Assembly (NCBI GenBank): GCA_038087875.1 | Contig: CM075992.1 | Coordinates: forward strand, 5,086,001 to 5,150,000 | Direction: 5' to 3' | Origin: Malacoraja senta | Taxonomy: Eukaryota | DNA: 64,000 bases | Part shown: positions 13,170 to 26,729 of the stretch, piece by piece | How positions within the stretch are numbered: position 1 is the stretch's first letter | Layout: every line of letters begins with the position of its first letter | Notes under the pieces: model-generated | What the model saw: the letters and a program-made list of their open reading frames with translations, nothing else | Told to the model about the DNA's origin: nothing | Database searches by the model: none | Translations under genes and position numbers: made by a program

Positions 13170-15804
13170 TAACTCAGAGGGTCAGGCAGCTTCTCTGGAG
13201 AAAAGGGATAGGTGGTGTTTCGGGTCAGATGAGGCCACTGTGTTGTGTGAGGCAGGGATGATGCAGGCCCCTTGTGCATTGCGCGTCCGTCTGCATTTAG
13301 CATTGCTTTGTGAAGTACCGTGGGTGGTTCTCTGTCCTCGTCCACTTACCCCCCCCCCCCCCCCCCCGCAGCCTGTGGGTCAGGAGCCTGCTTGTGCAAG
13401 CTCAGCACCACTGTGGGCTGTCTCCACACATCTACGTCAGCGGGGGTTGGGGGGTGCGGTGTGACAATGCACTGTACCGTCTCTCCCACAGTCTTGCTTG
13501 ACTGGCTGCCGATGAGAGACTCGGGTCAGTCATCTCTTACGCCCTGCAGCGTCTGTGGCTCGATTGGAAACGCGTCTGCTTCCCAGTTGCAAGGTTCAAG
13601 TCTCGCTTCGGAGAACCGGGCATAAAAATGATGCTGACAATGCGGTTGAGAAAGGCGGCTGCTCTGTAGCTTTTACCTTTGGGATGAAGTCAGAGAGCCA
13701 TACGGCACGCCCATGACACACTGGTCAACCTGGTGAGCACCTTCAGCAACAGACTGGTTCTACCAAGATGCAGCACAGAATGCCACAGGTGATCCTTCTT
13801 CCTTGTGGCTATCAAAACTGTACAACTCCACCCCCTTCTGTCATGGAGTAGACCGACTCCCAAGGGTCTCAACCCGAAACGTCACCTATTCTTTCGCTCC
13901 ATAGATGCTGCCTCAGCCGCTGAGTTTCTCCAGCATTTTTGTCTACCTTCGTTTATTTGGAGGTGGTCGTGTATAATAGCCTGATTGTTGTGGGGAAGAA
14001 GCTGCTCCTGAACCTGGATGATACCGTTTTCAGGATCCTACACCTTCTTCCTGATGGCAGGAGTGAAATGAGAGCGTGGCCAGGGTGGTGTGGGTCTCTG
14101 ATGATGCTGACTGCCTTTTTGAGGCAGCGACTCCTGTAGATCCCTTCGATGTTGGGGAGGTCGGAATCCGTGATGGACTGGGCAGTGTTCACCACTTTTT
14201 ACAATCTTCTTTGTTCCTGGGCAATCCAGGGTGCCGAACCAGGCCTTGATGCAACCATTCAATATGCCCTCCCCTGCACACCTATAGAAGTTCAAGAGAG
14301 GGGTTGTTGATGTACCAAATCTCCTCATTCTTCTGAGGAAGCAGAGGCGTTGGTGTGCTTTCTTTATGATTGTTTGACGAGTTGATGACAATTCATTAGG
14401 GAGAAGCCCAGCAGGCTGCTACAAGTTGTATGTACCATGGGAATTTCTTTATCTACTTGATGGAGAGGGGATTTGGCCCTCATTCCCTGAAGTGGGGCTA
14501 AAGTTTCCATCACTGGGCAGCACACTGGGAGTAGTGGTAGAGCTGCTGCCTTACTGAGTTAACGCTGGAGTAACTCAGCGGGCCAGGCAGCATCTCTGGA
14601 GAAAAGGAAGAGGTGACATTTTGGATCACACCCAAAACGTCACCCATTCCTTTTCTCCAGAGATGCTGCCTGGCCCGCTGAGTTACTAAATCCAGCTTTT
14701 TATGTGTCTAACATGTACCTACGGTGCATACAAGTGATGTATGGGGCTGGATAGATCCAGTCTGCAGAGATTCCACATTCACTGCCAAATGCCAGTTACG
14801 CAGGTTAGACAAGGTTTTAAGATGCAAGATTCTCCCTGGTCAGTCCAGTGTCTCGACATGAAAATCCCACACAGCCAGACTCGAGAGAGGAAGGAACTGC
14901 TTAGGATGTTTAGGAAGGAACTGCAGATGCTGATTTAAATCAAAGATAGACGCATAAAGCTGGAGTAACTCAGCGGGACAGCCATCATGTTTCGGATGTG
15001 AAGGACGACCCGAAACGTCACCTATTCATTTTCTCCAGAGATGCAATCTGACCCGCTGAGTTACTCCAGCTTTTTGTGTCTGTTTAAGAGTTAAAATGCC
15101 TTGCTTGCCTGAAAACTATATAAAGATCCAGCACTTGAACTGAATATGTTTTAAGGATAGGTAGACACGCATGCAAGAATTGAGCTTGTGGGATGTATGT
15201 GTACGGAGGTGCCTGTGTGTATGTGAAGAATGCATGCATGGGTGCATGTAGGTTGCATGTGTGCCAGTGTGCATGCAAAGAGCTCGTGCACCATGCAGAG
15301 AAAAGGAATAGGTGACGTTTGGGGTCGAGACCCTTTCTTCAGACTGGGAGCCAGGGAGAGGGAAAGGAGAGATATAGGCGGTGATGTACTGTACATGTTA
15401 GATGGATGTACATGGTGCCCTCGTGATGGGAGGCTAAAAGCAAGGCTGAGCAGAGCTGAAATCCTCCTGTGGCCGTTGCCGTGGAAACCGCACACTTAAG
15501 GCTGGGAGTGTCACCCGACTCTTGGAAATACTGCTCCTGGTTGGTTGGAACCACTGCATCGTTTTATGAATTGTTTATCATCCGGGGCTGAGGGACAACT
15601 TTTACGTCACGAAAGATCTCACTTGGCTCCTCTGATAATCCACTCGTGCTGGTGGGAGCGCAAACGGATCCAGATTGGGTGTTGGGAGTGGCCGAGATGG
15701 CTTGGCTCGGGTGAGATGGGTGCTGGAATTGTCCCTGGCACGGATGGATGGGTGAGGGTGGACCCTCAACCTGATGCACCAGACCACTCGGAAAGCCCAT
15801 CTTC

Positions 15805-16435
15805 AGCTGCACGCCAACGACTCTGCTTCCTTGGAAGGCTTAGGAAGTTCATAACGTCCCCAACAACTCTCGCCAACTTCTACAGATGCGCCGTGGAAAG
15901 CATTTCATCGCGGTGCATCGCCGCACGGTTTGGGAACAGCCCCATCCAAGATGGCGAGAAATCGCAGAGAATTGTGGACGCTGCCCAGACCATCACGAAA
16001 AACCAACCTCCCTTCCGTTGACTCCATCTACACCTCACGCTGCCTCGGCAAGGCCAGCAGCATAATCAAGGACCAGTCGCACCCTGGCCACTCCCTCTTC
16101 ACCCCTCTCCCATCGGGCAAAAGATACAGAAGTGTGAAAACGCACACCTCCAGATTCAGGGACAGTTTCTTCCCAGCTGTTATCAGGCAACTGAACGTGC
16201 CGACCTACAACTAGAGAGCGGTCCTGAACTACAATCTACATCATTGGAGACCCTTGGACTATCTTTGATTGGAATTTAGTGGACTTTATCTTGCACTAAA
16301 CATTATTCACGTTGTTCCCTTAATCATGTATCTGTACACCGTTGATAGCTTGATTGCAGTCTTTCTGCTAGCTGGTGAGCGTGCAACAAAAGCTTTTCAC
16401 TGTAGCTCAGCACACGTGACAATAAACTGAACTTA
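15805..16435 (+). mobile_element. Rex1/Babar-like LINE 3' fragment
   Basis: ARQRLCFLGRLRKF..LANFYRCAVES..SIIKDQSHPGHSLFTPLPSGKRYRS..SRFRDSFFPAVIRQLN. Related fragments near 13955-14375(-), 22905-23125(-), 37030-37400(+) and 50470-51010(+). Confidence 0.85.
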
Positions 16436-16796
16436 AAGTCAATGTTCAGCTGCAGTGTACTGCATGAACCACCAACGTTGCTGCCCAAGGTCGCACTGAC
16501 GTGGCTGGACAGAGGTTGGAGTGTGGGATGTCCATGCTCTTCTGGAAACTTTGGCCCGAGGGTGGTTTAACAATATCATGAGAGACGGGTCCCGACCCTA
16601 TCTTCTTCTTCTTACGTATGGCGTGCACAGCCTAAAGTTGTTCTATTTGATTGTGCACGTCGGGTTGATTGCATTCGTTGAAACAGGGCAGACCACGTGA
16701 AGGTTGCAATCTCCCACCCCGGTCCCGACCCGAAATGTCACCTATGCAGACACAAGGAATTAATGATACTGGAATCTTGCATAGAACATAAACTAC

Positions 16797-17110
16797 GGTC
16801 ACGGTGGCGCAGCAGTAGAGTTGCTGCCTTACAGCAAATGCAGCGCCGGAGACCCGGGTTCGATCCCGACTACAGGTGCTGTCTGTACGGAGTTTGTACG
16901 TTCTCCCCGTGACCGTGTGGGTTTTCTCCGAGATCTTCGGTTTCCTTCCACACTCCATAGATGTACAGGGTTGTAGGTTAATTGGCTTGGTAAATGTAAA
17001 AAAAACTGTCCCTAGTGGGTGTAGGATAGTGTCAATGTGCGGGGATCGCTGGTCAGCGCGGACCCGGTGGGCCGAAGGGCCTGTTTCCGCGCTGTAACTC
17101 TGAACTAAAG
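16797..17110 (+). mobile_element. tRNA-derived V-SINE (HE1-like), representative of more than 15 copies
   Basis: A-box TGGCGCAGCAG, B-box GGTTCGATCCC, V-domain GGAGTTTGTACGTTCTCCCCGTG..CCACACTCCA, CR1-like tail GGGCCGAAGGGCCTGTTTCC. Confidence 0.85.
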
Positions 17111-19974
17111 TACTGGAGGGCAGCCAGAGATGTTGCCTGACCCACTGAGTTACTCCAGCTTTTTGTGTCTGTCTTCAGTTTAAACCAGCACCTGCAGTTC
17201 CTTCCTACACTGGAGATGCCAAGCAGGTCAGGACACTGAAAGGTGACATTTTGTGTTTGGACCCTTCTCCTGAAACATTGCCTATCCATGTCCTCCAGAG
17301 TGTTCTAAGCAGCATTCTGGTCAAGCAAGATAGCAGTGTCTGCTGTCAAGGCCAAACGATATTCCCTCAACAAACATCTTTGTAAAGAATGATTTTACCA
17401 CCATCTCACTCATGCTCACGGTGCACATTTCCCCTCGTACAAAAACTGGCGACACTGCAAAAATATTTCACCAGCTGCGGAGTAATTGGGTGCTTCTCGA
17501 AGTCATGCAAAGCACTACCGGAAATTTATGAGACTCTCTTTCTAATTGAAGAAGGTTTTGTCAGACCAAGGCTTAGAGTACAGATGGAGGGCAGCTGGAG
17601 GTCGAAGCAATCTATCATGGGGCAGATTAGAAGGATTGTCCCTAATGCATTGAGCTTGGAAATGCTGCATTAGGTGCTATCGATCAGATCAACAGCTCGA
17701 TTGCTAAAAGACTATATTGGCAGACGGCACTTCAGTCAGGGGTCCATGCTACAGGAGGGATGGGTCTTGCTGATTGCCATGGAGATGCAACGCTTCAGAT
17801 TTATTCCTGCTGCCTTCTTTCAACGCTCTTTGGGGATTTTTCCATACCATTTTTTTTTTAAAGGATCCATTGAATTGTTATGGCAGAGAAGTTAAGTAAA
17901 GTAAATTTTATTTATATAGCACGTTTAAATCAACTCGCGTTGAGACCAAAGTGCAATTACATAAAAGAAATAATTAAGTTTCCGTACATCCATAGAAAAA
18001 TTAAAAATAAGAAAAATGATAACATTCAACAAGAACGTCCCCCCACAACAGAATCAACATTTTCCACTGTGGGGAAAGACATCAAAAAGTTAAGTCCTCT
18101 TCCTCTGTGAAACACCCGTGGTCCGGGGCCTATGTGTGGCCTTGCAGTTAGTCCGATGTTTTCAGGCCCTCTTTGCCGGGAAGCTGGAACTCCGGCAGAG
18201 GAGGGGGTCATTTGGCCTGTCGACTCTGAGTATTTGAGCAAAAGTCAAAGTGCTGGAGGAACTCAACGGGTGAGGCAGCATCTGTGGGGGGAATTGATAG
18301 ATTCTGAATCCATTCTGGTTTTGAGTATAGACACAAAAGGCTGGAATGACCCAGTGGATCAGGCAGCATCTGTGGAGAAAAGGAATAGGCGAGGTTTCAG
18401 GTTGAGAACTTTCTTCAGACAGAGTCAGAGGAAAGGGGTACCTATTCCTTTTCTCCAGAGATGCTAAGCAGACCCGCTGAGTTACTCCAGCCTGTCTTCG
18501 GTTTAAACCAGCTTCGGCTGGTTTAAACTCGTACACACTAGTTTTGTGTAAAGCAGGCATGTCAGTCCAGTTGTGGTATGGAGGGAAGCAAGGTAATTTG
18601 GCTCCATGTTTGGAATCTGGCCATGCCAACCGAGCATCCATTACCACCGGAGAAGCCCAGCGGTAGAGTTGCTGCCTCACAGCGCCAGAGACCCAGGTTC
18701 GATCCCGACTGCGGGTGCTGTCTGTACGGAGTTTGTACGTTCTCGCCGTGGCCGCGTGGGTTTCCTCCCACATCCCAAAGACGTGCGGGTTTGTAGGTTA
18801 ATTGGCTTCGGTAAAATTGTCTCTAAATTCTGCAAATTGTCCCTAGTCTGCAGGGTGGAACTAGTGTATGGGTGATCGTTGGTCAGCATGGGCTCAGTGG
18901 GCCGAAGGGCCTGTTTCCATGCTGTAACTCTAAACTATACTGCATGGACCCATTGGAAACATTATTTGCCTATTCTAGGCATGGGAGGAAGTGTATGTCG
19001 GCAAAAACCTCACGGATGATCTAAATTTAACAGGTAGCTTGTAAGGAGATAAAAGATATCCTTTAGAAGGAACACTGGAGATAGAAAGTGATCTGGGCTG
19101 TAATTGTTGATCAGGAAGAAGGGAATATCAATACAAGTTCAGCAGATAATAAAGTACATCTGATGGGCATTTAGCTACGTCGAGACCGGTTATTGTAACC
19201 TAGTGAAGCATTTGTTGGGATGTGATATTCAGGTTTAGGAGTGTGGAGAAGAACCCCTGTCAATGGTTAAGGAGAAAAGAGTTGAGCAACAGCATAATTC
19301 TACAGTCTCTTTTGTCAGTAAGTAAGTAAGTTTATTGGCCAAGTATTCACATACAAGGAATTTGCCTTGGTGCTCCGCCCACAAGTAAAAACATGACATA
19401 CGGTGACAGTTACGAGTGACTCAGAAAACACTAAACATTAATAATAATAAAACATTAATGACTGGTTATTGTAGACAAAGAGACTGATCCTGTTGCATAG
19501 AGGAACAACATTGAGACTACAACTACCACTTTGGTAGAGTGGATGTGGAGAGGATGTTTCCACTAGTGGCTGAGTCTAGGACCAGAGGTCACAGCCTCAG
19601 AATAAAAGGACGTTCCTTTGGGAAGGAGATGAGGAGGAATTTCTTTAGTCGGAGGAGGGTGAATCTGTGGAATTCATTGCCACAGAAGGCTGTAGAGGCC
19701 AGGTTTATGGATATTTTTAAGACCGAGATAGATAGATTCTTGATTGGTACGGTGTCAAGGGTTATGGGGTGAAGGCAGGAGAATGGGGTTGAGAGGGAAA
19801 GATGGATCAGCCATGATTGAATGATGGAATAGAATTGATGGGCCAAATGGCCTAATTCTGCTTGTATCACTGATGAACTTGAATTACAACACTCTGGAAG
19901 TAATTCAGCCCAACTAGTGAGTGTTTATACTTCACTTTAGTCTTCTTCCATTTACTTGATCCAGTCTCTCATGT

Positions 19975-20320
19975 GACCTCATTTACTATGTCCATTGTTC
20001 AAGATGTGGACTCTTATACATCGGCGAGACCAAACGTAGACTGGGCGATCGTTTCACGGAACACCTTCGCTCAGCCCGCCTGAACCAACCTGATCTCCCG
20101 GTTGCCGGACACTTTAATTCTCCTTCCTATTCCGAAATGGACCTTTCTGTCCTCGGTCTCCTCCATTGTCAGAGTGAGGCTAAATACAAATTGGAGGAAC
20201 AGCATCTCATATTTCACTTGGGCAGCTTACAGCCCAGTGGTATGAATATTGATTTCTCTCACTTCAGGTAGCCCCGGCATTCCCTCTCTCTCTCTTTATC
20301 CCTCCCCCTTCCCCACCCTT
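19975..20320 (+). mobile_element. Penelope-like element fragment (GIY-YIG endonuclease C-terminal part)
   Basis: Translates LYIGETKRRLGDRFTEHLRS...PVAGHFNS...KLEEQHLIFHLGSLQPSGMNIDFSHFR*. Confidence 0.85.
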
Positions 20321-22595
20321 GGGATGGAGATATTGGGATTGTACTGAATTTGCCCGGGTGATGAGATCTGAGAGTTGTGAATCTGTGGAATTCTCTGCCA
20401 CAGAAGGCAGTAGAGGCCAATTCACTGGATGTTTTCAAGAGAGAGTTAGATAGGGCTCTTGGGGCTAATAGAATCAAGGGATATGGTGGAAAAGCAGGAA
20501 CGGGGTACTGATTTTGGATGATCAGCCATGATCATATTGAATGGCGGTTGCTGGCTCGAAGGGCCGGTTGGCCTACTCCTGCACCTATTTTTCTGTTTCT
20601 ATGTTTCTAAATGCCATTTAGAACGGAGATGAGGAAACACTTTTTCACACGGAGAGTTGTGAGTCTGTGGAATTCTCTGCCTCAGAGGGTATCAAATCAA
20701 ATTTCCTGAGCCTCAAGGCTGATCCTGCTGGATGTGCTGAGGTGTGTCTGTGAAGGAACACCAGGAACGGAACATATGGCAAATGGCAACATGGCTTAAC
20801 AATCTGTCTCCACCCAGGGTAGAAAAACAAACCTGCTTTAAATACATTGCATCCCTTTAAATACGCGTTAACACATCTTTTGCATTTAATATCTGTCGCT
20901 GCTGCATTCTAGGTGCATTTAAAAAGAAATCAGTGTTTTTATTTTCCACCCACGCTGTCTGCAAAATTAATTCAATATACTGAAGTTATCTCATTTTTTT
21001 TTTTTCCCAATACACCCACTGGTGCTAATGCCTAATATGATAAAGATCAGGAGCAATATTTTTGGCAATCTATCCCCAACACCTCTGTGTTACAATTGTG
21101 CTGCGGGAAAAACAAGCCCTTCGGCCCGTTGAGCCGGTGCTGGCCAGCGAGCATCAATCTGCATGAATCCTACACTCAGCCCATGTTATTCTCCCTTCAT
21201 TCTCATCAACAATGAACCCTCGGTTAATTAACCCTCACCTTCGGAAGGTGGTGGGAAACCGGAGCACCCGGAGGGAAGTCATCTGGTCGCAGGGAGGAAG
21301 TGCAAACTCCGCACAGACAGTACCGGAGGTCAGGATTGAACCCCTTTCACGGGGGCTGCGGAGAACCAATGGTCAAACGCATGTGTGCCCGTAAACAGCG
21401 TTGCCTTTTGGTTGGTGGTGGTATTATTGTCACACCTAGTGCTGTGATGCAGAGACTTCAATGCAGTTTCAGGATGCAATGCTGAGGCTTCATCAATGGG
21501 ATACATTTGGTTGCTTGTATAGAACGCCAGCACAATCACGTTGGGTGCAATGTGATGTTTCTGAGAAGAGGCTGAAGTCCAGAGTTAGAAGTGGAATTGA
21601 AGATCTAAGTGGAGCTCAAAATAGAAGACAGAGAGAACATGTGAAACCACACACATTACTGGTTGATTCAGCGTGTCAGGCCAACTTGTAATTCAGCCAT
21701 TTTGTTGCCCAACATACAATAGAAGCAGCAGCAGGCCATTCAGCCCTTCGAGCCAGCACAGCCATTCAATGTGGTCATGGCTGATCGTCTACAATCAGTA
21801 CCTCGTTCCTGCCTTCTCCCCATATTCCCTGACTCCGCTATCCTTAAGAGCCCTATCTAGCTCTCTCTTGAAATTATCCAGAGAACCGGCCTCTGAGGCA
21901 GCGAATTCCACAGACTCACAACACTCTGTGTGAAAAAGTGTTTCCTCATCTCCGTTCTAAATAGCATTTAGAAATATAGAAACAGAAAAATAGATGCAGG
22001 AGTAAGCCATTCGGCCCTTCGAGCCAGTATGATCATGGCTGATCATCCAAAATCAGTATCCCGTTCCTGCTTTTCCCCATAACCCTTGATTCCTTTAGCC
22101 CTAAGAGCTAGATCTAACTCTCTCTTGAAAACAGCCTGTGAATTGGCCTCTACTGCCTTCTGTGGCAGAGAATTCCACAGATTCACAACTCTCTGGGTGA
22201 AAAAGTTTTTCCTCATCTCAGTCCAAAATGGCCTACCTATTATTCTTAAACTGTGAGCCCTGGTTCTGGGCTCCCCCAACATCAGGGACATTTTTCCTGC
22301 ATCTAGCCTGTCCAATCCTTTAAGAATTTTATATGTTTCTATTAGCTGCATCGGTTTTAGCTTTATTATTGTTATGTGCACTGAAGTACAGTGAAAAGCT
22401 TTGTTTTACATGCTGTCCAAAGAGATCAGATATACTTTATGTAAATTCATTCCAGACAAATTAACGTATAATAGGTCGAGTAAAGGGATAGATACAGAGT
22501 GCAGAATATAGTTCGCAGCATTGTAGCCCATGAGTTTAATAGACAAAGCCCTATGTCCGCAATGAGGTAGAGGTGAATCAGACAATACACTAGCT

Positions 22596-22888
22596 CAGGG
22601 GTGGGGAACCTTTTCATGTTGGAAGGCCGCATTAAGTTAGCTGTAATCTAATAGGGCCGCATCCAAGAAACTTCAATTCGATATAGGATTATTTCGTTGA
22701 ATCTTTTTTTACTCTTTGGTATTTTAAATACGTTCATTTTAAGATTAAAATAAAAATAATAAAAGATGAACAAAAATATATTAATAAAAATAAAAGGATT
22801 TGTTCTACAAAATTTGGATTCATTGAAAAGGCTGCACTTAATGGCCTAGAAGGCCGAATGCCTTAAGGCCGCAGGTTCCCCACCCCTG
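22596..22888. mobile_element. hAT (Charlie-like) MITE
   Basis: TIR CAGGGGTGGGGAACCT, 8-bp TSD cactagct/ccctagct. Confidence 0.85.
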
Positions 22889-24859
22889 CCCTAGCTTATG
22901 GAAAGACCGTTCAGAAGCCTGATCACAGAGGGGATGAAGCTGTTCCTGAGTCTGTTGATACGCACTTTCAAGCTTCTGTATCTTCTGCCGGACGGGAGCA
23001 GGAGAGGAAGGAATGACCGGGGTGGGACGAGTCTTTGATTATGTTGGTTGCTTTTCCGGCACAGTGTGAAGTGCAGAGAGAGTTAATGGTGGGGAGTCTG
23101 GTCTGTGTGATGGACTGGGCTATTGGCTTTGTTCCTGGCAAGACAACTTTCTTCTGATCTTGACCTTGATCTTGAGAGGCTTTGTTATCACCCCACGTAG
23201 TTCGGGTGGGATGCTGGTTTGTGGCACACACCACTGAAGCTGCTCTGTGCATGGTCACACTTGAAAGATCTGTATCTGGCCCGTGGGTGTTGCAGGTCCT
23301 GCAAGTTTTTTGACGGATCTTTCAGTTTTTACTGCAATCAAAAGTTGATTTAAAACAAATCGTGTTACAATTGCACAAGACATTGGCCACACTTTGGGGA
23401 TTGTGTTCGGTTTTGGTCACCCTGTTGTAGGAAGGATGTTGCTAAGCTGGAAAGGGTGCGGAGAAGATTTACAAGGATGTCGCCAGGACTTGAGGGCTTG
23501 AGAAATAGGGAGAGGTTGAGCAGGCTAGGACTTTATTCCTTGGAGTGCAGGAAGGTGAGGGGTGATCGTATAGAGGTGTATAACATCATGTGAGCAATAG
23601 ATAGCGTGAATGCACAGTCTCTTGCCCAGAGTAGAGGAATCGAGGACCAGAGGACATGGGTTTAAGATGAGAACAGAAAGATTTAATAGTAACCTGAGGG
23701 GCAATATTTTACACAAAGGGCGGTGGGTATCCAACTAACAGTTTTTATCCACGAGTAGTTGCTCTACTCAACAGCCAAAAATCTGTAGCCTCCCTTAGAT
23801 CTGGTATTTTGTTGGTTCGCATGCTTGATCAATGGTGTTTTATCATTAATGTTTTATTATTATTAATGGTTAGTGTTTTCTGAGTCATTCGTAACTGTCA
23901 CTGTATGTCATGTTGTTACTTGTGGGCAGAGCACCAAGGCAAATTCCTTGTATGTGAATACTTGGCCAATAAACTAACTTACTTACTTATATGGAATGAG
24001 CTGTCAGAGGAGGTAGTTGAGGCAGGGACTATCACAATGTTTAAATAAACATGTGGACGTGTTCATGGATAGGACAGGTTTGAAGGGATTTGCAGGTGGG
24101 ACTAGTGTAGATGGGGCATGTTGGTTGGTGAGGGCAAGTTGAGAAGGGTCGAAGGGCCTGTTTCCACGCTGTATGACTCCATCTCAGTTTTTGTCCATGA
24201 GAAGGAAATCTATTGAAGGGCATAATCCTCTCACCGCTAGGTTTGACCTACTTAGTGGCGATAAGTGAATGTATTTGAAACTTGGGCGATACAGTGGTGT
24301 AACTAGTGGAGCTGCAGCCTCACAGCTTCAGTGACCCAGATTCAATCCTGACCTCAGGTGCTGTCTGATTGTGTTTCACCGGAGTGCTCCAGCTTCCTCC
24401 CACATCCCATAGACGTGCCGGTTAGTACGGTTGTCTGGCCATTCCAAATTGCTCCGAGTGTGTTAGTGAGTGGTGGGTATATGAGGCAGGAAACATGTTC
24501 CCGACGTTGGGGGAGTCCAGAACCAGGGGCCACAGTTTAAGAATAAGGAGTAAGCCATTTAGAATGGAGACGAGGAAACACTTTTTCTCAGAGAGTGGTG
24601 AGTCTGTGGAATTCTCTGCCTCAGAGGGCGGTGGAGACAAGTTCTCTGGATGCTTTCAAGGCAGAGCTAGATAGGGCTCTTAAAAAAATAGTGAAGTCAG
24701 GGGATATGGGGAGAAGGCAGGAACGGGGTACTGATTGGGGATGATCAGCCATGATCACATAGAATGGCGGTGCTGGCTCGAAGGGCCGAATGGCCTACTC
24801 CCGCACCTATTGTCTATTGTGGTAGAATCTGGGAGTGTTGATGAGAATGTGGCAAGGAC

Positions 24860-25645
24860 AGGAAGGCAGATTATTATCTGAATGGTGTCAGATTAGGAGA
24901 AGGGGAGGTGCAACGAGATCTGGGTGTCCTTGTACATCAGTCATTGAAACTAAGCATGCAGGTACAGCATGCAGTGAGGAAAGCTAAAGGCATGTTGGTC
25001 TTCTTTGCAAGAGGATTTGAGTTTAGGAGCAAGGAGGTCCTACCGTAGTTGTACAGGGCCATGGTGAGACCACACTTGGAGTATTGTGTGCAGTTTTGGT
25101 CTCCTAATTTGAGGAAGGACATTCTTGTTATTGAAGGAGTGCAGCGTAGGTTTACAAGGTTAATTCCCGGGATGGTGGGACTGACATACAATATCATGAA
25201 AGAATGGGCTTGTATTCGCTGGAATTTAGAAGGATGAGAGGATATCTTATAGAAACACATAAACTTCTTAGAGGATTGGACAGGGTAGATGCAGGAAAAA
25301 TGTTCCCCATGTTGGGGGAGTCCAGAACCAGGGGTCACAGTTTAAGAATAAGGGGTAAGCCATTTTGGACTGAGATGAGGAAAAACCTTTTCACCCAGAG
25401 AGTTATGAATCAGTGGAATTCTCTGTCACAGAAGGCAGTGGAGGCCAATTCACTGGATGTTTTCAAGAGAGAGTTAGATTTAACTCTCAGGGCTAACGGA
25501 ATCAAGGGATATGGGGAGAAAGCAGGAACGGGGTACTGATTTTGGATGATCAGCCATGATCATATTGTATGGTGGTTCTGGCTCGAAGAGTCAAATGGCC
25601 TACTCCTGCACCTATTTTCTGTTTTCGATATGTTCTATGTTCTAT
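24860..25645 (+). mobile_element. CR1-clade LINE 3' fragment (longest in the window)
   Basis: [48 protein letters not shown], an ORF2 C-terminus with stops and frameshifts, plus (TTCTATG)n tail. Confidence 0.9.
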
Positions 25646-25694
25646 GTAGGTAGCTTAGTTTAGGAAGGAACTGCAGATGCTGGTTTAAACCGAA

Positions 25695-25878
25695 GATAGA
25701 GACAAAATGCTGGAGTAACTCAGCGGGACAGGCAGCATTTCTGGAGAGAAGGAATGGGTGACGTTTCGGGTCGGGACCCTTCTTCAGACTGATTCAGTCT
25801 GACCCGAAACGTCACCCATTCCTTCCCTCCAGAGATGCTGCCTGTCCCGCTGAGTTACTCCAGCATTTTGTGTCTATC
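25695..25878. repeat. Fold-back pair of Penelope-derived terminal repeats (representative)
   Basis: 78-nt arms 25695-25772 and 25801-25878 are near-perfect reverse complements. Confidence 0.9.
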
Positions 25879-26697
25879 CCTGGTAGTTTCCCTCCAATCA
25901 TCCTACTACAACTAGAGAGCAGTGCTGAACTACTATCTACCTCTTTGGTGACCCTTGGACTATACTTGATCGGACTTTGCTGGCTTTACCTTGCACTAAA
26001 CGTTATTCCCTTATCATGTATCTATACACTGTGGACGGCTCGATTGTAATCATGTATTGTCTTTCCGCTGACTGGATAGCACGCAACAAAAGCTTTTCAC
26101 TATACCTTAGTACACGTGACAATAAACACAAAAATGAGAAAAAAAATGCATCTGCCCAACCCCTCCTTGTTCACAGTTAAAGATTTTCCTGCTAGGGACG
26201 ACTTAATCGGAAACATATAAGATTGTTAAGGGTTTGGACACGCTAGAGGCAGGAAACATGTTCCCGATGTTGGGGGAGTCCAGAACCAGGGGCCACAGTT
26301 TAAGAATAAGGAGTAAGGCATTTAGAACGGAGACGAGGAAACACTTTTACACACAGAGAGTGATGAGTCTGTGGAATTCTCTGCCTCAGAGGGCGGTGGA
26401 GTCCGGTTGTCTGAATATTTTCAAGAGAGAGCTAGATGGGGCTCTTAAAGATAGCAGAGTCGGGGGATATGGGGATAAGGCAGGAACTGGGTACTGATTG
26501 GGGATGATCAGCCATAATCACATTGAATGGCGATGCTGGCTCGAAGGGCCGAATGGCCTACTCCTGCACCTATTGTCTATTGTCAATTAATCGAAAAACG
26601 TTGTGTTCATCATTCGAGTGGAATTCAGATTTTACAAACTTATTGCACTGATATCTGTGAGAACTCCCAACCTAATTGCTCTTTCCCTTACTTACAG

Positions 26698-26729
26698 AAG
26701 GACTTGCCTCTAACAAGAAAAGGCAGCAG
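26698..26729 (+). CDS. Putative second coding exon of a MAST kinase (KDLPLTRKGS+AG, 32 nt)
   Basis: Branch-like CCTAAT (26671), pyrimidine tract, ttacag| acceptor and AG|GTGAGT donor. Phase 0 start fits exon 7067-7105. Resembles recalled MAST3 KELSLPRRGR, which follows LRRRGLQ. Confidence 0.72.

Noticed and set aside
15151..15495. Minus-strand ORF containing HRRISALLS, resembling MAST RRRFSALL (candidate next exon after 30206)
   Set aside because: In-frame stop just upstream, no acceptor of the required phase, and no flanking similarity.
16797..16880. tRNA-like A/B boxes repeated across the window
   Set aside because: These are SINE heads continuing into V-domain and tail, not tRNA genes.
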